From IMG/VR virus record IMGVR_UViG_3300020567_000318, positions 1 through 11,407 of that record: a stretch of DNA of 11,407 bases, one strand, 5' to 3'. Positions 1 to 4,992 of this stretch are shown here, one piece after another (positions within the stretch are counted from its first letter, which is position 1; each line of letters opens with the position of its first letter). The translations under genes and the position numbers were made by a program. Below the pieces are notes generated by a model, which was given only the letters and a program-made list of their open reading frames with translations, searched no databases and had not been told where the DNA came from.

Positions 1-405
1 CACCCGCTCCCCCTCCAGCAGAACCACGCCCCACGGGGACCTAGGCTTGGTCACAACTATTGTCACCACCCTCCTAGCCATCCTGTAGATGTCCCGGGGG
101 TCGTAGAGTAGGATGTCATCGCAGTTCAGCGCGTACACGTACTCCTCCGTGCACTCCTGGAGCGCCCTCCTCAGCGCCCCGCCAGTGCCCCACTCGGGCT
201 TCGACTCGATCCACTCCACGTCAAGCTCTGGCACCCTGAAGCCCCGGGTCAGCACTATGATCCTGTCGAAGCCGTGCTTTCGTAGCCAAGACACTTGATA
301 CTCAAGTAGCGTCATCCCGTTGTTCAATTCAACTAGAGGTTTGGGCACCCACACGTAGGGCTTCATCCTCCACGACTCACCACCCGCAAGGATGACCGCC
401 TCCAT
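1..405 (-). CDS. Sugar-1-phosphate nucleotidyltransferase (NTP_transferase family), runs off the left edge of the window
   Basis: Manual translation from ATG at 405 gives 135 open codons: MEAVILAGGESWRMKPYVWVPKPLVELNNGMTLLEYQVSWLRKHGFDRIIV...EWGTGGALRRAL...YALNCDDIL...PWGVV. It has the LAGGxxxR, PKPL, GTGGAL and NxD motifs of the family. Not in the supplied track because the stop codon lies outside the window. Confidence 0.9.
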   Translation of the reverse strand, partial: MEAVILAGGESWRMKPYVWVPKPLVELNNGMTLLEYQVSWLRKHGFDRIIVLTRGFRVPELDVEWIESKPEWGTGGALRRALQECTEEYVYALNCDDILLYDPRDIYRMARRVVTIVVTKPRSPWGVVLLEGERV

Positions 406-431
406 CGCTTTGCATCGATGTTTGTGCGGAC

Positions 432-437
432 TATAAA
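432..437 (-). promoter_or_regulatory. Archaeal TATA box for the nucleotidyltransferase gene
   Basis: TTTATA on the - strand, 27-32 nt upstream of the ATG at 405, the spacing expected for a leaderless or near-leaderless transcript. Confidence 0.6.
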
Positions 438-471
438 TTGCTTGGCCCTACATCTAGCACCCACCGCAATC

Positions 472-479
472 TTTTTATA
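472..479 (+). promoter_or_regulatory. Archaeal TATA box for the 500..904 gene
   Basis: TTTTTATA about 21-37 nt upstream of GTG500/ATG509. An SD-like GGGAGTGAGG precedes ATG509. Confidence 0.6.
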
Positions 480-499
480 CCATGCTGGTACAATAGGGA

Positions 500-904
500 G
501 TGAGGGCCATGAACTGGAGGAGAATCAACGTGCCCGAAAACGTGTACCGGGAGATCGCACGCATCGCTAGCTCTCAGAAGACAGCCATGTGGAAGGTTTT
601 GGTGGAGATGGTCTCAACGTACCGTGCGGCTAGGCGCGACACGCAGAAGCGCCCGGTCTCTGACAAGGTGGCCTGGTACGTAACTAAGCTCGCCATGTCC
701 GCTGGCGAGTTCCGGGGCAACCCGGACCCGCAGAACAGGGACCTCCTCCTCCAGACCATCGAGCAGATAGAGAGCAGGCTGAAGGTGGACCTGAGCGAGC
801 TTAAGAGCGTGGTGAGGAGCTACGACGGTAGCGCTATGTCCAGGAAGGCGCTGAACGATACTGTGAAGCTAGCTGTCATGAAGATCATGGAGAGCGCTGA
901 GTAG
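500..904 (+). CDS. Putative DNA-binding protein with an N-terminal ribbon-helix-helix-like domain and a helical C-terminal domain (start GTG500 or ATG509)
   Basis: RRINVPENVYREIARIASSQKTAMWKVLVEMVSTY fits the beta-alpha-alpha RHH pattern. The gene has its own TATA box and a pyrimidine tract downstream. Confidence 0.6.
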   Translation: MRAMNWRRINVPENVYREIARIASSQKTAMWKVLVEMVSTYRAARRDTQKRPVSDKVAWYVTKLAMSAGEFRGNPDPQNRDLLLQTIEQIESRLKVDLSELKSVVRSYDGSAMSRKALNDTVKLAVMKIMESAE

Positions 905-922
905 GTCCCCCCACCTTTCTTT

Positions 923-1435
923 CTACTCTTCTTTCAACAGGTTCATCGATTTGGCCACCATCTCGCCCAGATCAATCAAATCGCGTTCCCACTCTTTCAT
1001 TACGAGCCTGAGTTGGGCCGCTAGGATGATGACAACTTTAGCCACCTCCTCTGGCAACTTGTATCTTATCGTAGCGACGCGTAGCATGAGCGATGCGAAG
1101 TCTGACCATAGCTCTAGTGGTATCTCATCTATCCTGTAGTACACCATCTCCGAGAAGAGGTATGTGGATAGGCGGCTTGAGTATGGAAGTGCGAAGTAAG
1201 ATATGACGGGTCTAAACACGTATTTCAGGAGGTTGAGGTTTATGTAATGCCTAAAGACCCTTGGAGGGAGGAGGCGCGGCCTCTCGTGCTTTATAGATGA
1301 GTAGCTCCTTACCGCGTTGATCACAGCGCGCGTTATGATCCTCTCCCAATTGATCGACTGTAGGATGGGCTTGATGGCATCTATGGATACCACTACATCC
1401 TCGTTTAAGGGCGCATCTCGCAACTTCTCGACCAC
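923..1435 (-). CDS. Hypothetical alpha-helical protein (170 aa), start uncertain
   Basis: Long ORF with protein-like composition. It is the last gene of the - strand cluster and converges on the 500..904 gene with an 18-nt gap. Confidence 0.7.
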   Translation of the reverse strand: MVEKLRDAPLNEDVVVSIDAIKPILQSINWERIITRAVINAVRSYSSIKHERPRLLPPRVFRHYINLNLLKYVFRPVISYFALPYSSRLSTYLFSEMVYYRIDEIPLELWSDFASLMLRVATIRYKLPEEVAKVVIILAAQLRLVMKEWERDLIDLGEMVAKSMNLLKEE

Positions 1436-1497
1436 CTCGTAGGCTACCTTGACGTCTAGACTACTATCCTCCCTCTATCCTTTGAGAAGATCCGGAT

Positions 1498-1836
1498 CTA
1501 AAAACCCCTACTCGCCAAGCGCTTTGCCAACCTCCTTGCAAGCTCGTGCCTCAGCGCTCCCAGACTGATGGCGTGGACCTCGCGCTTGAACGCGTCCCTG
1601 ATCCTGCTTTCGACCTCCTCTGGAGGTATGCCCTTGCCCGCACCCGCTAACAAAGATTGAATCGATTCGATCGCTTGTTTGAGGTACGGCTCGGCCTCCT
1701 CCAACGTGGCTCTTCCGCTGGCCACTTCCTCAGCCAGATCTCTGAGCAACGAGTACGCCTCCAGCTTTTCCTTTACGAGCGTTGTGCCCCTGAACAGCTC
1801 GTTGAGAACGTCTATCAGCCTAGGTCCCGCCGCCAC
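1498..1836 (-). CDS. Hypothetical alpha-helical protein (about 112 aa)
   Basis: Same frame as track ORF 1498..1863. The start is reassigned to GTG1836, which follows the SD-like GGGGTGAGG. Amphipathic helices with a basic C-terminus. Confidence 0.7.
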   Translation of the reverse strand: MAAGPRLIDVLNELFRGTTLVKEKLEAYSLLRDLAEEVASGRATLEEAEPYLKQAIESIQSLLAGAGKGIPPEEVESRIRDAFKREVHAISLGALRHELARRLAKRLASRGF

Positions 1837-1969
1837 CCACCTCACCCCTCGCGACCCTCGCAAGAGCTATCAAGATCAGGTCCTGGAGCGTCGTGCCCCG
1901 CTCTTTCGCCCTCCTCTCCAAGATCTCCAAGATACGCTTGGGGACCTTGATCCTGATCTCCTCGCTCAT
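1820..1969 (-). CDS. Small ribbon-helix-helix (CopG/Arc-like) transcriptional regulator, 49 aa
   Basis: Manual translation: MSEEIRIKVPKRILEILERRAKERGTTLQDLILIALARVARGEVGGGGT*. Alternating beta strand (IRIKVP), helix, G-T-T turn, then a second helix. GAGGAGGAG lies directly upstream. Below the track length cut-off. Confidence 0.85.
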   Translation of the reverse strand: MSEEIRIKVPKRILEILERRAKERGTTLQDLILIALARVARGEVGGGGT

Positions 1970-2282
1970 ACTCCTCCTCGCTCTCCGCACCGCTACCACT
2001 TAAAATTTCCTCCTCCATCTTGGCGAGCCTCCTCCCCTTGCCGCTCTTATCGTAAGCGTACTTCCTCAGCCTCTTGATGGCACCCTCCTCGGCACACAAC
2101 AAGCGGAACGAGATCACAACAGTGACAGCGGGCGGCGTATCGGGTGGGGACACGGTCTCGGAGATATCGATCGCCGTGATCAAACCCTGTCTTTGTAGTC
2201 GGCGGGCTACGTAATTCGCGTAGTTGGCGACTTGGTGGGCAACCTTTCGTAAAATCAACACGTACTCGATTGACCCGTCCAT
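1842..2282 (-). CDS. Hypothetical protein (about 146 aa) with an acidic tail overlapping the RHH gene
   Basis: Same frame as track ORF 1842..2417. The start is reassigned to ATG2282 (MDGSIEYVLILRK), 23-28 nt downstream of a TTTAAG box. The longer start would cross the promoter region and overlap MCP1. Confidence 0.65.
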   Translation of the reverse strand: MDGSIEYVLILRKVAHQVANYANYVARRLQRQGLITAIDISETVSPPDTPPAVTVVISFRLLCAEEGAIKRLRKYAYDKSGKGRRLAKMEEEILSGSGAESEEEYERGDQDQGPQAYLGDLGEEGERAGHDAPGPDLDSSCEGREG

Positions 2283-2304
2283 CGAGCGCACAGGCTTGCG
2301 CTCG
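2283..2304. repeat. Perfect 8-bp inverted repeat, candidate operator
   Basis: CGAGCGCA-caggct-TGCGCTCG, which exactly fills the gap between the TATA box (2305-2310) and ATG2282. Confidence 0.7.
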
Positions 2305-2312
2305 CTTAAATA
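2305..2312 (-). promoter_or_regulatory. TATA box for the - strand gene cluster
   Basis: TATTTAAG on the - strand at leaderless-promoter spacing from ATG2282. Confidence 0.6.
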
Positions 2313-2320
2313 CCTTATAC

Positions 2321-2345
2321 CACACCTCCCTGCTCGTAAGGTGTG
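2321..2345. repeat. 7-bp inverted repeat between the divergent promoters
   Basis: CACACCT-N11-AGGTGTG. Confidence 0.5.
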
Positions 2346-2374
2346 CAGAAAGCACGATGGGTCAGCTCTGGTAG

Positions 2375-2380
2375 TTATAT
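2375..2380 (+). promoter_or_regulatory. TATA box for the capsid genes
   Basis: TTATAT 25-30 nt upstream of ATG2405. No SD motif precedes the ATG, consistent with a leaderless mRNA. Confidence 0.6.
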
Positions 2381-2404
2381 CGGTCATGCTCCACACCATC
2401 CACG

Positions 2405-2761
2405 ATGCCGATAACAAAGACGTTGCAGGACCGATTCGAGAAGTTCAGCGCGAAGACGCCCCCCGATGTCACCGGGGCTAGGTACGCCGCTAGCAAGGAG
2501 ATAGCGCTACCCAGGTTCCTGGAGGGGTCCAGCGCGATGGCCGTGATAGTGGAGCTGACTAGGAACATATTGGAAACGGCGGGCGTCCCCGCCGGGCAGC
2601 AGGGAGTTTACTACGGGTTCGCGCAGAGGGCCAGGAAGCTGGCATGGAGCCACAGCGGTGAAACGCTGGCCAAGTTCATCGAGGGGCTGAAGTCAGAGTA
2701 CGTCGCCAAGGGCTGCGACCCGGCCATCCTCGACAAGATCGCTGCGCTAGTAGTTGGTTAG
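2405..2761 (+). CDS. Major capsid protein 1, SIRV2-type (Adnaviria)
   Basis: The N-terminal DRFEKFSAK and the C-terminal ILETAGVPAGQQGVYYGFAQR...GETLAKFIEGLKSEYVAKGCDPAILDKIAALVVG follow the SIRV2 MCP pattern as recalled (QRYAKWQAKF ... YQGFG ... INGLKGYY ... NPQVLD). Clear paralogue of the next gene. Confidence 0.88.
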   Translation: MPITKTLQDRFEKFSAKTPPDVTGARYAASKEIALPRFLEGSSAMAVIVELTRNILETAGVPAGQQGVYYGFAQRARKLAWSHSGETLAKFIEGLKSEYVAKGCDPAILDKIAALVVG

Positions 2762-2775
2762 GGGTGGGATAGGGC

Positions 2776-3156
2776 ATGCCGATCGTTAAGTCCCGGGTAT
2801 CGGACCGGTACGCCAAGTACAACCTAAAGTACCCCGATGCCACCACGATGACTAGCAGGCTGACCGCGGTCAAGGAGATAATGGACCTGCGCTACCAGGC
2901 CGGCTCCTCCGTGATCTACAACGCCGTCGAGGCAACCAGGAACATCTTGGAGTCTAAGGGCGTCCCCGTCGGGCTCCATGGTGCCTACTATGCCTTTGCC
3001 CAAGAGCTGGTGCGGGCGACTTTTAGTCATAGTGGCGCCACCCTCAATGCGATTATCAGCGGTCTAAAGCAGAAGTATGTGACCGCGCACGGCCTGGATG
3101 CGACTATCCTGGACGAGATAGTCAAGACCGTGGTTGGCGTCCTCCCGCCCTACTAG
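2776..3156 (+). CDS. Major capsid protein 2, SIRV2-type (Adnaviria)
   Basis: DRYAKYNLKY...TRNILESKGVPVGLHGAYYAFAQ...SHSGATLNAIISGLKQKYVTAHGLDATILDEIVKTVVG aligns end to end with MCP1. SD-like GGGGTG in the 14-nt spacer. Confidence 0.88.
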   Translation: MPIVKSRVSDRYAKYNLKYPDATTMTSRLTAVKEIMDLRYQAGSSVIYNAVEATRNILESKGVPVGLHGAYYAFAQELVRATFSHSGATLNAIISGLKQKYVTAHGLDATILDEIVKTVVGVLPPY

Positions 3157-3207
3157 CGGGGGTACGGGCGGGGGGAGGGACGCGGCGTAAAAATCATCTA
3201 TTTTTTT
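3137..3207 (+). terminator. Probable terminator region after the capsid genes: GC-rich imperfect hairpin/G-tracts followed by T7
   Basis: GCGTCCTCCCGCCCTAC (3137-3153) can pair, with bulges, with GTACGGGCGGGGGGAGGGACGC (3162-3183). A T7 run lies at 3201-3207. Confidence 0.45.
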
Positions 3208-3223
3208 GCACCATGCTTGACAC

Positions 3224-4267
3224 GTGAGGGTAGCCATCTGCACATCCGATAGATCCGTATCGCTACAGATTGTCGCTAGGGATGTAGCAGAGGTCCTGAG
3301 GTCCCGGGGCCACCTGGTGGACGTCCACCTCTTCGCATTGACAGACCCCAGCATCTACAAGAGGTACGACTCGTGGTTGACGGTCATGACGTTTGACGTG
3401 GTCTGGGCGACCCCGTACTTCTTTGTCGCAAGGTCCGCGAAGGTGCGCGGCCTGCGCTCGCTGTTTTACGCAACTATCGAAGGTAAGGTCTGGGGGCTGT
3501 GGATGCGCGAGTGGATAGTCCGAGACCTGGAGTTTATCGCGTGTAGCAATTACGTCAAGAGGAAGATTGCCGAGGTGGGTGGCAAGGTTGTAGCGGTGGT
3601 GTACCACGGCATAAAGCCAGAGGAGTACGAGGCGGCCAGGACCCTGGGAGCCTCGTTGAGGCGCAGGCTAGGGTTCACGGACAAGGACTTCGTGGTGGCA
3701 TACGTTGCAGCGGACTACCCGAGAAAAGGACATGATCTATTCGCAGAGGTCTGTAGGATCGTGGCGCAGAGGGACCCCAGCATCAAGTTCATCATCGCCA
3801 CTAAGGATGATGCGATCTCACACTACGCTGGGTGCAACAACGTCGTAGCGCTTGACTGGTTCGGGAAGGTCCCCCGCACGGACATTCTAGCGGTCTATGG
3901 GGCGTGCGACCTCTACGCCCAGGCCAGCCTAGCTGAGGGCTTCGGCTTGCCAGTGCTGGAGGCGCTAGCGAGTGGTAAGCCCGTTGTGCACGCGGACTAC
4001 GAACCGCTGAGCGAGATAACGACGCCAGAGACATCCTTCCGCGTCCCCGTCAGGGCGGTCATCGACTACAGAGACACGGGCCCCACAATGGGTGGCATCA
4101 TGTACGAGCACCACATCTACGACCCCTCCGAGTTCGCAGACGTCATCATCCAGGCCAAGGAGGAGGTGGTGTGCAGGAGGGGGGAGCTGGAGGAACTCTG
4201 CAAGCAGAGAGCTAAGGAGTTTGACGCTAGGAAGACCTACTCGGCGTTCGAGGTGCTCTTGCAATGA
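3224..4267 (+). CDS. Glycosyltransferase, GT-B fold, family 4 (Glycos_transf_1)
   Basis: VVYHGI, PRKGHD and the EX7E motif EGFGLPVLEALASGKPVV. Such enzymes are common in rudiviruses and lipothrixviruses. Confidence 0.93.
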   Translation: MRVAICTSDRSVSLQIVARDVAEVLRSRGHLVDVHLFALTDPSIYKRYDSWLTVMTFDVVWATPYFFVARSAKVRGLRSLFYATIEGKVWGLWMREWIVRDLEFIACSNYVKRKIAEVGGKVVAVVYHGIKPEEYEAARTLGASLRRRLGFTDKDFVVAYVAADYPRKGHDLFAEVCRIVAQRDPSIKFIIATKDDAISHYAGCNNVVALDWFGKVPRTDILAVYGACDLYAQASLAEGFGLPVLEALASGKPVVHADYEPLSEITTPETSFRVPVRAVIDYRDTGPTMGGIMYEHHIYDPSEFADVIIQAKEEVVCRRGELEELCKQRAKEFDARKTYSAFEVLLQ

Positions 4268-4268
4268 T

Positions 4269-4277
4269 TTTTTAAGC
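4269..4277 (+). promoter_or_regulatory. T-run/TATA box (possible combined terminator and promoter)
   Basis: TTTTTTAAG directly after the glycosyltransferase stop and 23-31 nt upstream of ATG4300. Confidence 0.55.
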
Positions 4278-4299
4278 GCAAGGCTCTTCCATCCTCCCG

Positions 4300-4656
4300 A
4301 TGGCGCAGGGCGAAGCTAGGAAAAGGTCTAAAAGGGCGGAGCGCAGGGTGGAGGGCGTGGGAGAGACAACGCCAGCTCCTGCGGTAGCCCCTACGGCCAC
4401 CCCCACGGCCACCCCTGAGGTGGCTCAACCGCAACGGAGGGAGCTTACTGAGGAGGAGAAGGAATTCATGAACGCGCTGGCGCAGCTGGTGGAGTCAGCC
4501 CAGGAGCTGTCCTATGCTCTGGCTGTCGTGGATGAGACACGAGATGAGCTGTCGCCAGAGATAAAGGAGGTGCTAGCGACAGCTAGAGCTGTGGTGAGGG
4601 CGGTCTGGAGGTTCCACAGGCTGGTGAGGAAGAGGGCTGGCACCAGGGTGCCATGA
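4300..4656 (+). CDS. Hypothetical protein: basic N-terminus, Pro/Thr/Ala linker, helical C-terminal domain
   Basis: Own TATA-like box, codon usage like its neighbours, and an ATGA overlap with the next gene. Confidence 0.75.
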   Translation: MAQGEARKRSKRAERRVEGVGETTPAPAVAPTATPTATPEVAQPQRRELTEEEKEFMNALAQLVESAQELSYALAVVDETRDELSPEIKEVLATARAVVRAVWRFHRLVRKRAGTRVP

Positions 4657-4943
4657 GCGCGGTTCTGCCAGCCAAGCCGCTCGATGTAGTCATCCCCCCC
4701 GTCGCCATCGACGTGGAGGGGGCCAAAGTCATCATCCTGGAGGTCATCAGGTACACGCGCTTCGATGGTGCCACCCGCTTCCTAGTTTCCTGCCAGGTGG
4801 AGTGCCAGGGCTGGCTGTCGCCCCAGTTCAGGCTTGACGTGAAGGATGAGAGGGACCTCATCAACCAGCTACGGGTCGAAGTGTCGAAGATGCAGCTTCT
4901 GTTGATGTCTGGCTTCACTCGGATCTTCCAGCGCGCTCAATAG
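4653..4943 (+). CDS. Small hypothetical viral protein (beta-rich N-terminal part, C-terminal helix)
   Basis: Translationally coupled by an ATGA overlap and followed by a T7 tract. Contains LDVKDERDLINQLRVEVSK. Confidence 0.75.
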   Translation: MSAVLPAKPLDVVIPPVAIDVEGAKVIILEVIRYTRFDGATRFLVSCQVECQGWLSPQFRLDVKDERDLINQLRVEVSKMQLLLMSGFTRIFQRAQ

Positions 4944-4951
4944 GACTCTAG

Positions 4952-4958
4952 TTTTTTT
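4952..4958 (+). terminator. Oligo-T terminator candidate
   Basis: T7 run 8 nt after the stop at 4943. Confidence 0.45.
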
Positions 4959-4992
4959 CTGACTACATCGCGCATCCAAGTGCGGTATAGGC

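Noticed and set aside
113-298. + strand 61-aa ORF
   Set aside because: Antisense shadow of the nucleotidyltransferase gene, which has clear family motifs.
413-420. CATCGATG palindrome upstream of the nucleotidyltransferase gene
   Set aside because: Too short to distinguish from chance, and ATCGAT cores occur repeatedly in coding regions.
406-499. Attachment site or tRNA at a possible provirus edge
   Set aside because: No tRNA-like fold, direct repeat partner or integrase is visible. The region is explained by two divergent promoters.
1657-2077. + strand ORFs 1657..1950 and 1679..2077
   Set aside because: Antisense to a coherent - strand cluster, with Ser/Pro/Arg-rich shadow composition.
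2283-2417. N-terminal extension of track ORF 1842..2417, and ORFs 2047..2355, 2224..2481 and 2362..2568
   Set aside because: They cross the divergent promoter region or overlap MCP1. ATG2282 fits the TATA spacing better.
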